A DNA stretch of 64,000 bases from Harriotta raleighana (Eukaryota), in assembly GCA_050575255.1 (NCBI GenBank), contig JBNZDD010013568.1, positions 1,233,243 to 1,297,242 of the forward strand. The letters run 5' to 3'. A program made the translations under genes and the position numbers. The notes beneath the pieces are model-generated. The model was not told the origin of the DNA and did not search any database. It was given only the letters and a program-made list of their open reading frames with translations. Positions 1-13,320 of this stretch are shown here, piece after piece. Numbering within the stretch: the stretch's first letter is position 1; every line of letters starts with the position of its first letter.

Positions 1-1782
1 ATGTTAAGTTGTTTTTATGCCAACGTTTTAGGTACCCATTGTCATGCACAATGCTTGCACTCAGACCTGCTGCCAGGCATCAGTCACTGCTAAATAATGC
101 ATAACAGCAACACAGGTCGTTCCAGCCTTGTATTTTCCCCCTTCTTAATCTCTCGTCTGAGAAATGACCCACTCACTCATACTTTTGTCTGTCTGCCAAC
201 TTTCAGATTCTGGTGGCCACCATCTTGCAAGAACATTGACTCAGACATACAGCAAACAAAAGTTTTTATTGGTGAGCCTGGAGTCTGACACATGCTGAAA
301 CCCATCACAGTGCTCAAGAGTAATCAAACCAAACAGAGAATCCCAACTACGCATGGAAATTCCAGAGATAGATAATTAGAATAGAATGTGCACTCCCTCT
401 TCATACTTATTTCGGAAGAACCTGTATCTCCAAGTTTCATTGCAATAACATTTATCTCTACTTCCATAAAATATAATGCATAGCCAGAGTTATGAATATT
501 AATGTAGACAGCTCAATTTCCAGGGCTTCACTTGGGAGTGCAATTTGACTGAGCACTCACATATGAGAACAATTAGTTTCAACTTCTGATATCCAACAAA
601 GCAAGTCTATTGTAAACCGTTGAGCTACAATTCAACAGGCTCCACTTTCTTGCAAGGCATTGAACTTGTATTGATCTTGTAAGTACCTAGTTTCCGAAAC
701 TGTGGCGGAGCTGATTAAAAATCTTGCTGGTAGCTGTGCAACAGTGACACTTCCTCCCAACGGAAAAGGCTTTTCTAAAAGCTAATTATTTAGACGGTCT
801 TTCCCTTGTGGTATGACCACAAGTAATTGAAACAATCAAATGAAAATCTCCAACACTTGAAAATTCACTCCAGTGACTGAGGTCATCTTGACATTATTAG
901 AATCCGGGTAGCAGCCCATCAGATCAGAAGTTAACGAGAAGCCAAATCAATTACTCAGTTAATCCATTTGGTTAGCTTGGGAGCCGGGGAGAGAGAGGCA
1001 GTCTGCCACAATTAACTTAAGAAGCATTCTTGATTTTAGAAAGCCAGGTATGTGATCATATACATTCCAGTAAAAATAGCAAATTTTAGGAATGGAAAAT
1101 GACTCTTTCTAATATCAAACAAGTGGGGGTTTCCAGCTTCATTGTGGACACTTTCAGCTTGATGTCAGTTGCGGCATGTTTTCTGGTGGTTGTGATGCAT
1201 GATCTACATTTGTTTTATTCAGTAAATTAAAGCGATCAGGAAGGCTGATTTGAATTCTGAAAATAAGCTTTTTTTGATGTAGTGACAAATTAGAGGTTGA
1301 GAGTGGTTCTCCACTTTGGATATCAGATGTTTTAATGTCCAAGCATTTCAGTCTCAGGTTCTGAGCAGTCAGTTTATACTGCAATACCAGCAATGCACAG
1401 TAATGCACTACTTAGAAGCCATCTCAATCAAAATTGTCAGGACAATCTTTTGGGCAATTCACTACATATGAGCAATGGAACATCAGTAATAAATGTGTAA
1501 AGAAAAATAAAAGTTCTCGTCTACAATAAAACAAATGAAAACTAAAAATGGATCTCCAACCCTTCTCCCCATTTTCAATCCTTTCATTCTTTTACAGCTG
1601 CTCCATGTGCACTTTTGTGGACAGATCCATTGAGAATTTTTCGGAACGATTAACCGTCAAATTGGCTGCCTAATGAGCAGCAGACACCTGGACAAGGGTG
1701 TTTATTCGTTTCTTGTCCCTTTCCATCTTCATGAGGAAGCAGTTGAACAGAAAACAGATTCCTGCACTATCTGATGTAACAA

Positions 1783-1916
1783 TAATAAATTGTTCACTTT
1801 AATCCTCAACTGTTTATGGGACACTGCTGTCCGCAATTGGCTGCCGCGGTTCGCCCACAAATATGCAGTCAATTCACTTTACAGTGAAGTGCCTTGAGAC
1901 TTCAAGAAGATGTGAA
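1783..1916 (+). mobile_element. 5'-truncated tRNA-derived SINE (Deu-like 3' part plus L2-like tail)
   Basis: gggacactgctgtccgcaattggctgccgc...gtcaattcactttacag matches the full copy at 32437. Confidence 0.8.
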
Positions 1917-3010
1917 TTCAGTGTGACTTGATGTTGGACAGAGAAACTCGAGCAATATGTCTAAACTGGCAGCTTCTGGGACAACATTCTGGTCTAAGGC
2001 CATTGTAAACTTCCTTATGTTTACTTCCTCCATTGGTTGAACTGCACATACTGTCCTTCACAAACAGCTTGCCAAAACCATGACCAGAGTAGAGAGAAAG
2101 ACAAATGTTTATTTTACCTACCAGACGTCTAACAAATAGAACAACACTTCTGAAAATGGCTTGAAGCCTCAGCTGCCTGCAAAAGCCATCAATTCATGAT
2201 CTCATCTAATTCAACAACTGGCAAGAGGATTTCCCCAATGGAATAAGAAATAACAGTTAAAATCAAATCGTTTTTAATTTCTTAAATTAGACATAATTCC
2301 TCATTATGGAATACTTTTTTTAAACAACAATAAATCAAAACCATTTAACATTTGTTAGAAAGAAAGTTGCTTTCGACAGACATCAAGTGTCTTAATTTTG
2401 TGCCATAGGAACCAATAGGAATCACCATTTTCTCTGCACTCCATAATACAGTAAATAGATCCTTGCCTTTGATACAGTACTTTAAAACACCTCACCCATT
2501 TCACACAATGGTTCAATAAAAATATCACAGCCCAAACTACACACACAAGCTTGCCATACAATGCAATCACTTAAGGTACAGGGTACAACTCCATTCACCA
2601 CATCCAGCCCTTGAAGTGCAGAGTGCCAGGTTGACTTACCCAGCAATTGAATTCCCTGCAATTGGGAAAGGCTTGGGGAATTTTAATCCGTCTTCACCCC
2701 ACCCAAAATCAGGTCTGTGTGGAGATGAAAGGCGTAAACTTGTGTCTCACCTCTTGGTGGCACTGAACTAACTTCCTGCATGGACTCATAATACCAACAC
2801 TGTGAAATCTAGGTGAATTATTTCCATTCAAGAAGAATTTTGCTGCAATTCCTTATGAATGTCATAATGCCACCTGCTTCCCAAAGAGACTGTAAATCTT
2901 TGGAAACACAACTAACGGTTCAACATAGAAAACCAATCTATGTTGAATCTGCACTTAGTTACAAGGCTGTTCCTTTGCATTTAAGTGAAACGTCAAATGA
3001 TCTTTATTTC

Positions 3011-3049
3011 TCTCCTAATCTACTTTTAACTCTCCTAATCTACTTTTAC
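3011..3049. repeat. ~20-bp tandem duplication
   Basis: tctcctaatctactttta occurs twice. Confidence 0.85.
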
Positions 3050-3074
3050 TCCCAATACAAATAAACTGGCAGTT

Positions 3075-3197
3075 CATCTCGCCATTTTGTGGGACATTGC
3101 CTGTCGCAGATTGGCTGCCCCATCTACCTATATGGTATAACATTTTCATTTCCTCCTGATGTGAAAGATCCTTTATAAATTTAATTTTGTTGTTGTT
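3075..3197 (+). mobile_element. Degenerate Deu-type SINE 3' end with (GTT)n tail
   Basis: ttgtgggacattgcctgtcgcagattggctgcc followed by ctcctgatgtgaaag...ttttgttgttgtt. Confidence 0.6.
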
Positions 3198-3394
3198 ATA
3201 CATACCAATTATATTTTGTAAAATGCTTATGGATTTTTTTTAATGTGAAAGACTTTCTAAATCCATTATTATTATCAGTTCTCTATTCACAACCTAATCT
3301 AGTCAACAGTGTGTACATCACATTTTATTTGTGTATGCCTCGCATAAAATATGCTAAGAACAATAGCAATTGTAATGTGTTGCACATCCGCAGG

Positions 3395-3466
3395 AAATTG
3401 AGATGTCTAAAAGACGTGAAAAGCATTACATCAAAGGCAAGGATTATTATTATTAGTAGTAGTAGT
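3395..3466 (+). mobile_element. SINE 3' tail with (ATT)n
   Basis: gagatgtctaaaagacgtgaaaagcattacatcaaaggcaaggattattattatt matches the tail at 32700-32750. Confidence 0.8.
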
Positions 3467-3991
3467 AAATGAAGGCTTTAACTTTCCTCAATTAACAGAC
3501 CTAAACAGCAATAATGCATTGGGCACAAAGGAGCAGGTTGGTGGTGTATCCAATATTTAGTATTAACAGCAACAATTACATTTGTATAGTGGCTTTCACA
3601 AGTGCAGAGCATCCCAAAACAATTCATTGTGAATCACACAAATAAAGCTCCAGGGAATCACACAATAGTTTTCGGATCACCGGGATCCTGCATTGGACGT
3701 ATTTAACCTATGAACAAATAGTTGATGCCGAGAATGACTTTGATTATGTCACTAAACTGGGTTCATTACTACAGGAATGATGCATTATTGATGGATAAAG
3801 AGCTGAGCAAGAGGAATCAGAATATCATTTAAACATTTTTCCATTACAATATTTCTGATGCTGTTTGATATGATCTCAGTGAAATAAGGTGAAATGTCTG
3901 AATGAATATATAAACCACACTGGAGTCTGACCAATGGTTCAGTGGGCTGGTGTACCTCATTGGTACGATACTGCAATACGATATTACGATA

Positions 3992-4059
3992 CTTTGAAGC
4001 GCTCTGAGACGCTGTCCGGCATGGAGAGCGCATTATAAATCAATGTTGTTGTTGTTGTT
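3992..4059 (+). mobile_element. L2-type 3' end (family C) with (GTT)n tail
   Basis: gcgctctgagac...ggagagcgcattataaatcaatgttgttgtt; same family as the element at 11701. Confidence 0.75.
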
Positions 4060-4239
4060 ACTGCACCACTTGCCACAGGTTTGATTTAATTGGAACTGAA
4101 CTAGCCAATCTCAGCCAACACGGCAGTGAACGCTCTCTCCCCTCACTCCATTCTTTCTGATTGCTTCAACAAGTCCTTTCTCCCCTGGATGCATGCCATG
4201 ACCACCACCGTAACATTGTCCGACTCCACAGCTGCCTCA

Positions 4240-4280
4240 TCCCTCAGGCCTCCAAATCCCTCAGGCCTCCAAATCCCTCA
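4240..4280. repeat. 17-bp tandem duplication
   Basis: tccctcaggcctccaaa x2.4. Confidence 0.85.
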
Positions 4281-5296
4281 TACATGCATTTGTCATTGGA
4301 TGTTTTGTGGAGCCCATGGGAATGTGGATAGTGGCTATTCCTACTAAAATATTCCAGGTGTCCTACTTGGGAAACATTGTGCTTCAGAGAGGGAACCTTT
4401 GGAAAATTCTACATTACTTCAAGTTATCAATTTAAAAACTACTTCTTGTGAATAATGTAAATATAAGGAGGCAATTAATGGATGGCTACACTAAAATATT
4501 TTGACTTCAAATTGAGGCAAATAATTGCAGAAATTCATATTAGTAAAGTCTCCTTTAAAAGGCATTTAATAGACACTGCACAACAGCAATTACCAGTGAA
4601 GCAATTGGGAGACATTTAGACTTCATTAAAAAAAATGCAGGGATATAAACTCTAGGGATTTATTTCACATTGATTTGAAGTTATTTTCTGCACTTTTTGA
4701 AGGAGTCCCCTGCTCCCACGTCTCTGACAAACATGGTGCTGTGAATGCAAACACCAGCACTCGCTTGCCAATCTCTCCACCCGGGAGAGAACCACTTCCA
4801 GATGGAGCAGCTGAGAACAGGAATCATGGATAAAGCCTCCCATCCCATACCGCAGTGTAATGCATCGCTCTGCCACGAAGATGCCTCAAGGGACTGCATT
4901 TTCTACAGATATCAACATTGAGTTTAAAGGAGTTTTGCATCTTCAAATGGAGCATTAAAGCAAATCAATTTTAATGTATTCAGATGTTACTTTCAGTCAA
5001 ATGACCACATCAAAAAGACAAGATACCGTCTTTGTAAGCTACTGCAGATAAAAGCACAATTCTTCATTTAAAGCAGATACACATGATGTACATCAGAAGG
5101 TAGCTATCAGATAAGAGATAAACGTGATTCATACAAAGTTGCAGAATACTCTCCGATGCCTTTTATCTCAAGGAACTGTTCTGGAAGATTAGGTATAACA
5201 AGTATCCTTTTTCTAGTGTTTAAATTCACTATAATGATGACCCAGCACTCAACAACAACAGCTTAAATTGAAGTGTCCTTCACGTTAGGCTTCAGT

Positions 5297-5810
5297 TGGG
5301 AGTACTGTGTTCAGTTCTAAGCACCACAGATTAGGAAGAATGTCAAGGCAAAGGAGATTTACCAAGCAGATACCAGGAATACGGGTCTTCAGTTATGAGA
5401 GGCTAAAGAAGCTCCTTGGAGCAGAGAATATTAAGAGATGTAATGGATTTTTTTTAATGATATGTGGATTCGACTGTTCGAACAAAGAGAAGCTATTTCC
5501 ACTGGCGCGTGGGTCGGTAACCTGAGGACACTGACTTAAAATAGTTTTGAAAGAAACAGAGGGTCGGTGAGGAGAAATGTTTTCACACACTGATTTGTTC
5601 GGATCAGGAATGCATTGACTGAAAGGATGGTGGAAGCCAATTTGTTAACAAATTTTGAGCAAGTAGATAATTATTGGGGAAGCACAAGTTTGCAAGGCTA
5701 TGGGGAGAGGCTGAGGGAGTAGGATTGGATTGGACAGCTGTTTTCAAAGAAGCTGGCACAGACATGAGGGGCCAAATGACCTCCTTGTATGCTGCATAAT
5801 TCTATTATTT
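5297..5810 (+). mobile_element. CR1 LINE 3' fragment (degenerate end of ORF2 plus 3' UTR)
   Basis: gagtactgtgttcagttc (EYCVQF-like), agttatgagaggct (SYEERL-like), and the CR1 terminus gggccaaatgacctcct..gctg..attctat. Confidence 0.8.
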
Positions 5811-6684
5811 TATGTGGGTAGCGTCTCGAAGCAGTTCGCAGTAGTGGAGCACTCCGTTAGGAATGAGAACCAGAATATAACTTGTCAAATGAACACAAGT
5901 TCAGGATATTTTAAAAAAATGATTTTCCCTAATATAGGCCAGTTTATTATAAATAATAAGAAAAAACCTTGCGTTTGGTATAGCGCGTTATCACTACAGA
6001 AGGATGTGGATTTATCATATTTATTGTGCAGTGAATGACTGTATTTGTAGGCCAAGTTTAAATATTAGTACATCACAACATTCGTGCTCGGGGACATATT
6101 GCAAATCCATATTATTATACACAAAGGAGCTACGGTTCAGCATCACGCCTGATATCCAAAGATTATGAAAGTGTCATTAATTTGGTATTTATTAATTTTT
6201 CAGCATTAATGTTTTAAGTATGTCGGAATTTGATGATGAGAAGCTGATTTGCACTTCCCTTCACTGCAGTCAAATGGGAGACTCACAACTATTATTACAG
6301 TGAATGGTTTCCATTCAATTGGGAGAAACCCCCAAATTCTTAATTTCCATTCAGAGTACTATTTCAGAATGATTATCATCTCTGTTCAAACTACCATCAG
6401 CTATCCCCTTGCCCTTGGCCATCCCTCAGCACTGAAATACAATCAATTCCAAGCACGCTCTGCTCCATAGATATGGTTTTAAAAGTCTCGCTGAAAGTTC
6501 GCGCTATTTTTTTGAAGCTTGCAAGAATATGTTGACAAAGGAAGTTGTGATAGCTTTTTTTAATCTATTTTATATTTTGCACTTCCTGTGTGGTTTTCCG
6601 TTGACTTCCTGCTGTGCTCTGCTCCAAATGAACAAAGAAACCAGTGAAATGTCAACCATCTATCACAGACACCTCTTTACCAGG

Positions 6685-7060
6685 AAAACAGGAATGGGAG
6701 GCCATCCAGCCCATTGAGTCTGTTTCACCAGTTTATTAGACCTTGGCAGATCTGTTAATCCCAATGCCATTGCCTCTACTACCCAAACATAAGCATTTTT
6801 CTTTTAAACATCTCCAGTAATTCTTTCTCTACAGCTTTCTGGAGAAGAGCTTTTCATATCTTCATAAATCGCTTTGTGAAGAAAGGCTTTCTGACCTCAA
6901 TTACCATTACTCCCTTACCACTGCAATCTATCCCTCTGAAAGAGGGAAGAGTTGTCCACTATAAAATTTATCAATACCTTTTGTCATTTTAAAATGTTTC
7001 AAACAAATGATTTCTCAACCTCCGTTGGTTTCCAGAATATTACCCTCATTATTCCAGGTA
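6685..7060 (-). mobile_element. Degenerate CR1 3' fragment
   Basis: ggaggccatccagccc and gtgaagaaaggctttctgac are reverse-strand CR1 3' hallmarks. Confidence 0.55.
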
Positions 7061-7385
7061 TTAATTCACTGCCATAGGGTGAACAAAAAAATACAATTGT
7101 TAATCTAATAATGATAAATCAGTCCAATATAAATTCAGAAAATCCAAATTGAAAGAACCAAAAAATTGGGAACAATGCCAACTCGTTTTCTACTACCAAC
7201 AACAGCCATCGGGTTTGATGCTCGCATCTGGCCCAGAACCTGACAATGGACTCAGGAAATTTCTGACAAATTTACCAAGTATCTGAACCAGCCATCTATT
7301 GCCACAGAAATCTATATACAAAATGCTTGTCCAAAGATCTGCACCACTGTAGCACAGTGATCAGCACTTACACTGATGTCCCTTA

Positions 7386-7712
<327 letters not shown>

Positions 7713-7801
7713 TCATTGTTGGTTCTCAAAATGGTGAGAGCAACTATGATTGCTCACATCTCTCTTCTGAGGGCAGGAACGTATATTAATAATACCAATG
7801 G

Positions 7802-7890
7802 TAATAATAATGATCCCTGCATTTGATATAGTATATTTCACATCTTCTGGACGTCTCAAAGCAATCACAGTATAGACTGTTAAGTGAATT
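7802..7890 (-). mobile_element. SINE 3' tail
   Basis: taataataat..ccctgcatttgatatag..ttcacatcttctggacgtctcaaagc is the reverse complement of the SINE tail. Confidence 0.8.
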
Positions 7891-9644
7891 GTATCAGCAA
7901 CCTGCCTGTGCTTTGCCCAAATCGCTATCTGGTACATTAGTTAAGTGTGAGGTTCAGCTCAATATTAAGACTACAGCAGAGGATTCTCTGTCCTCCCAAA
8001 CATTGTTCACATACATTTATAACAAGAGATAACCTTCCACTAAATATCGTGTACTACTCAACAGATAACAATTCATCATAGATTGTCTTGAGGCACCGGC
8101 TTAATTGACATGACTCAAAAGTTCAGAAAATGCTAGCACCTCAGGGCAGAGATAACCTGCTCTTCCTATCAAGTATTGAACAAAATAACCTCAGCCGGGA
8201 GCGAGATATTCAACAATCAAGGTCATCAGTATTATCAGCAGCGTCTGTAACAAGGAGACTCGGTTGAAGGCTTTGATTTCAAACTTTTCAAGCATTTGCA
8301 GTCACTATTTTTAAATGATAGCTGAATGCAAATAATCTCAAATGTATAGTAAATTGTTTCATCGAACAATGCTTCAATCCACTGCAAATGGTAAGCAGAG
8401 CAAATTGATTTCCCACTGGGCCTCCAAACCATTCTCCACAGGTCTCAGCCAGGTCCCTGAACCACAACCAACCACAGGAGACCGTCGTCTCAAAACACAA
8501 CCTCTCATTTCGACAGATATCTGGAAAGCCAGTATAACAGACATTCCACATTGCTTCTTCTCAAAGCAATGAACCACTTCAATTGCATAGTACATGTCAC
8601 AGCTGCACCACTGGTATGACAATGACAGAATGACAGAACAACATATTGCCAGTTGCACACCATGAGCTTATAGCCACCGTGTTTACATGCTCGTGGGGAA
8701 AAATCCGTTTGTACTCTATTATATCAAGAAAAATATTATGCAAAATTAGATCAACATAACTCATCCTCCCTGGCTCCAAGTCAGGCTCACATCTGTGTCA
8801 TTCACGATGTCTGCAGCAATGAAGTACAAGATACAATCTAGGAACTCGATGTCAGAAGCAGTTTTTAATCAATTGTTTATGGTGGGTTTGTTGGGTGAAG
8901 GCATCATTCACAGAGTGTTGCAGTCAGCCAGACAAACCAGAAAGCCAAAGATTCAATTCCTTGTTTGAAGTACGTACGTTAGGTGATCTCGGATCACAAC
9001 CGAGTTACATGTTTCCCATCCTCATCTATGGACAAAAGCCCAACCCCAGGACGTTCTGCCACTATGGCTCACGTCAGCTAACAGCATAGATCAGAGATCA
9101 AGCAAAGATTTAGCGTTGTGATACAAAAACATGGCTCACCTTCTCACTCAGCAAAACTTACTAATTGATGTAAACTGGTTCAGTTATATGATTGGCATAA
9201 ATTTGTAAGGACAGACTCATAAAACCCAGCCAGCATCAGGCCCCTTCACTATCAGTCAAGCCCAGCATTTGAATTCTGCTCTTTCATTTGGGTAATACAT
9301 ACTCTGCAGTTCCAGCTACTGCTCTACTTACAAACAGGAAGACCATTAATTCCGGGAAACACACAAGGGAGCTTCCCTTCCATTAAGTGGGACATCCTAT
9401 TGAGCAGCCAATTTAAGGATTAACAACCTCTTCACACACTGAACTAGTAGAACTGAATGCTAGTGGCTACTTGAAACTTCAAACTAAACCATAGTCAAAT
9501 GCTGCAGGTAAACTATTAAGGGAGAAGCCCTTGCCAATTCCAGTTGCTGCTTTCAAATAGCTTTGGAGATATATCAGTCTCTAAGACCAATGTTAAACAT
9601 GTGTGATAAGCCTTGTGTTTGTGAATGAGGTGGTCTGACACAGT

Positions 9645-9880
9645 GACTGCCAGCGCCTTGGGATATCCTCCTGACGTGAAAGACGCTATACAAGTATAAT
9701 TTTGTTGTTGTTGTTGTGTAAAATATGCCCCGTCCCCCAAACCTTCCACCCCACCATTGGCAGGTGAGCCTTTAGCCTCTCTACCCCCAATCTCTGGAAC
9801 TCCATCTTGCAATTCCTCCGCCTTGCCACCGACTCTGACCTCCTTCAAGTCTTGCCTTAAGACTCTCCTCTCTGCATTTG
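9645..9880 (+). mobile_element. L2 3' end (family A, GTT tail) followed by an L2 ORF2-end fragment
   Basis: gcgccttgggatatcctcctgacgtgaaagacgct...ttgttgttgtt, then ctctggaactcc...tccttcaagtcttgccttaagact (LWNS..SFKS.LKT). Confidence 0.75.
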
Positions 9881-11700
9881 ACTCACAACTCTCTTCCAGC
9901 TACAGACGTTCCTCTCTGAGGAAGCTGTGCGCAGGCCATGAGTGCCAAAATTATAATGTTGGCATAGGTAGAGGGCTAGCTAATCCCTCCCATGGATAGA
10001 AGAGCAATGGAGAGCTACGGTATGCACTCCTTATCTTGTTGTCACCTCCAGAAGTGGGATGAGGACCACTTCAATACAAATCAGATCAAGTTAACTGGAG
10101 GCAAGCGTGCCATGTCATTGGCAGTGCTGGTGATGTAAACTGGACATGAAATGTCTTTCGGAGACACCGTTGCCATGGTGATGCCAATATTCATACTCAT
10201 GGTGAATGGGCAGCATTGTCAGATCCATGGATTTATTCAATGATTACATGTTACTTTGCATGTATTATGGCACAGAAAGAAATCAACCTAGGAAACAACT
10301 GAAGTCTCAAGACTCTCAGTGATGCCTTTCATACTGTTGTAAAGGAATGGTCAAATACACCGATGGAGCAACATGAGACACCCATATCTCTGCGACTTAT
10401 CCATCGCCAAATGACCAGGGATGATTAAAATTCTACTCTGTAAAGATGCCAATCTTGCTCTGTTTATTTCCCCAGCATTTCAGCTGAGGACACAAGTCAA
10501 AATTCACTACATCAACTCCTCATGCTTCAGTGAATAGATAATTGATGTGTTAAATAATGTCATTCAAATGCAGAATTTGATTCTGCATATTTTTTTCCTT
10601 TTTTTTTCTAGGCTCTGTTCCAAAAGACAGAAACAAATCTGTTACAGAAGACTAGGCCTTCACTCCCATGAGATTGCAGGCAGAGAAAAATTATATTGGG
10701 TTATTAGAAGCAAAGTGGCCAAGAACATTAGAAATACACAAGAGAAAGGCAAGAAACTACCCATCAACTCCTTCAATAGAGGGCTCTTTAAGCAAATAAT
10801 ACTTTCAATATTTTTATGTAGTGTACACACGATCCAGCACAACTTCAAACCACTCAAACTCACAAGACGACCACAGCACACGGAGGCACTGTATGTCAAG
10901 AGGCTGAAATGAAATGCTTCCCTGGAGTCCTATCTGCAGGGTGAGCACGTTTCAGTTCAGATGACGAGTTTTGCAATCCATCTGCAGAGAATTCCAAAGC
11001 TATTAGAGCTGGCAGCTGCAGGACAGTAAAGAGTGGTACAGCCCAATTATAATCCTGGCTCCACTCCGGTCCTCAGGGTAACGTGGGACATCTTGTTGCA
11101 AGTTCTATTTGTACTGACTGTTGAAAATTAGTATGTGGATGTATTTGGGGCTACGGCTTAGAAGGCTGTAAGACTTTCACTCCCATGGTTGCCTGTTCCT
11201 TCAATTTGTTTATTCTGATTGATAAGAGTTGAACCAGCTTTAAGCCAGGCTGCAGAAAGGAGAATAGCGCTCACTGTCCCTTCCCCCACTGACATATACA
11301 TTAAATCAATGAGAAGCTTTGCTGTCACAGAGCAGTGCTGATAGTAGCCAGGGCAACTGAGGCTGCTGTATGGTTTTCTTCCAACCAAACAATGCTGCTC
11401 ACCAGGAAAAGGGTTGGCAATCATGTTTTGTTTCAAAACTCCTTGAGGAACAGAGAGAAATTACATGAGGTGGTGAGTCGGTACACACAGCACAAGGCCA
11501 GCCGCCAGAGTCTGAGAAGTCTACCATTCTTGATTCCAGTAATTACAGAGCAATGCAACACACGTAATCCGCAAGCAAAGGAAGCACAAATTGGAAATGT
11601 CCTGAGGGAAAGCTCAGAATTGATCTCTTGAATCCCAAAGGCAAATCAAGGAAACACTGAAGAATATTCTCTCTATCTTCCATCTAATAGTTTGTGATTG

Positions 11701-12085
11701 AACAACAACAACAACTTCGATTTATATAGCGCCCTCCAAGCCAGACGGTGTCTCAGAGCGCTTCACAATAGCAGATCCCGGGACCGAGCTGGGGCAGGGG
11801 TAGAAAGGTGATCAAAGGTGTGGTTGAAGAGAAAGGTCTTCAGCTGGGATTTGAAACTGGAAAAAGAGGGGGCGAGGCGGAGGGAGTGAGGAAGGAAATT
11901 CCAGAGCCTCGGGGCATAGTGCCTGAAGGCATGGCTGCCGAGGGTGGAGCAGAGGATTCGGGGGACATGGAAGAGGCCAGACTTGGTGGATGGAAGGCAA
12001 CGGGTGCTAGTTTGAAGAGAGAGGTAGGAGGGTGCAGAGGTAGGGGGGTGCAGAGGTAGGGGGGTGCAGAGGAGTGGAAGGACCA
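11701..12085 (-). mobile_element. L2 LINE 3' fragment (family C)
   Basis: (AAC)n tail on the + strand. The minus ORF reads LGSHAFRHYAPRLWNFLPHSLRLAPSFSSFKSQLKTFLF, the typical L2 ORF2 C-terminus. Confidence 0.9.
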
Positions 12086-12193
12086 GGTTCAAATCCCCTG
12101 ACTTCCTGACAGCAGACATCATCCGCAATCTCCAATCTCCCCTCCCCCTATACACACTGGACAGAAATGATTATATCCTATAGTGTATTTGTT

Positions 12194-12256
12194 CAACAAC
12201 AACAAAATTACATTTGTAGAACACCTTTCATATCGGGAGGATGTCCCAAGGCACTG
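12194..12256 (-). mobile_element. L2 3' end (family A)
   Basis: caacaacaacaaaattacatttgtagaacacctttcatatcgggaggatgtcccaaggcac. Confidence 0.8.
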
Positions 12257-13019
12257 AACATTTGGGAGTCAAGATCTGAGCAGGGGGAAGGGGGGGGGGG
12301 GGGCTCAGAGGTTCTGCCACAAAAAAGGAATTAATGGCTCACTGAAGACTCATGGACTGAGTGTAAGATCCAGTGTCAGTAGTCTAAGCCTCACTCACAC
12401 ATGGTTAATTCCACTTTATCTATTTCATTACTTGTGTAACACGATTCAAAAAGAACCACAAGAGCAATAAAAGGCAAGTCAGAATAAATAGTTAAAGTCT
12501 GCGGCTTTCCCCTCTCAGATTAAAAGGCTGCTCACTGGAATTTTACATCTAGACTGAGGGTACTTCAGAAACACTGCCCCCAGGCCAAGTCTAACGTCCC
12601 TGCATTAATTTTTAATAAAACAAGATTTCCTCCTGACAGCAGCTTGGAACTCAAATGATTTCATGCTCAAGTTCCCCGTTATACTTTCCAACCACATAAA
12701 GCGGTTCAGTGTGAAGTTGAGCTTCAAGTTAAATATTAAATGTATGTATTTTTAGAACTTAACATGGTTTTCTTCTGCTGCCAATGGTCAATATTAACTT
12801 CCTCTCTTTTAAAAATGAAGTACTATAGTTCACTTGCAGGGAATGCCTGCGGGGAGCAGTATATTAAACTCCACCATTTAGATATTTAACAATGACGGGG
12901 ATTCCCATTTGGGTGGCGTTAAGGAAGCCAGGAAAGCATTAGTGAGCTCCATTTGGCATTCAAACTAGAGACAACTGGAAAAATTCTCAATCTTCCTTTA
13001 ATTTATCCTGCACTGCAAA

Positions 13020-13320
13020 AATAATAATAATAATAATCCTTCCATTTTAATAATAATCCCTGCATTTGGTCTGGCACCTTTCCCATCATCAAGACATCTC
13101 AAAATGCTTCACATGATTTTACAGTAAACTGTAGTAATTATTTATTTGTACATTAAATGCTGCAGCAAATTTGCACACAGCAACGTCCCACAAACATTTA
13201 TAAAGTGAATAACTAATTTCATTTAAGGGATTGGTGGCCAGGAAACCAGAAGAAACTCCCTTCTCTTTTCTATTAGTACCATGGGATCTTTAATGCCCAC
13301 TGGAGCAGGCGGACAGGAGC
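13020..13320 (-). mobile_element. Deu-domain SINE (SacSINE/AmnSINE-like), degenerate
   Basis: (AAT)n tail, aatttgcacacagcaacgtcccacaa, and the Deu-like core ccaggaaacc..aactccc..ccatgggatctttaatgcccac. Confidence 0.75.

Noticed and set aside
1154-1378. Open phase-0 stretch as the next or terminal exon of the minus-strand gene
   Set aside because: Weak polypyrimidine tract and no recognisable protein features; cannot be supported without RNA data.
10547-10912. 121-aa plus-strand ORF with a pyrimidine-rich acceptor-like site
   Set aside because: No coding-like composition, no matching donor and no partner exons.
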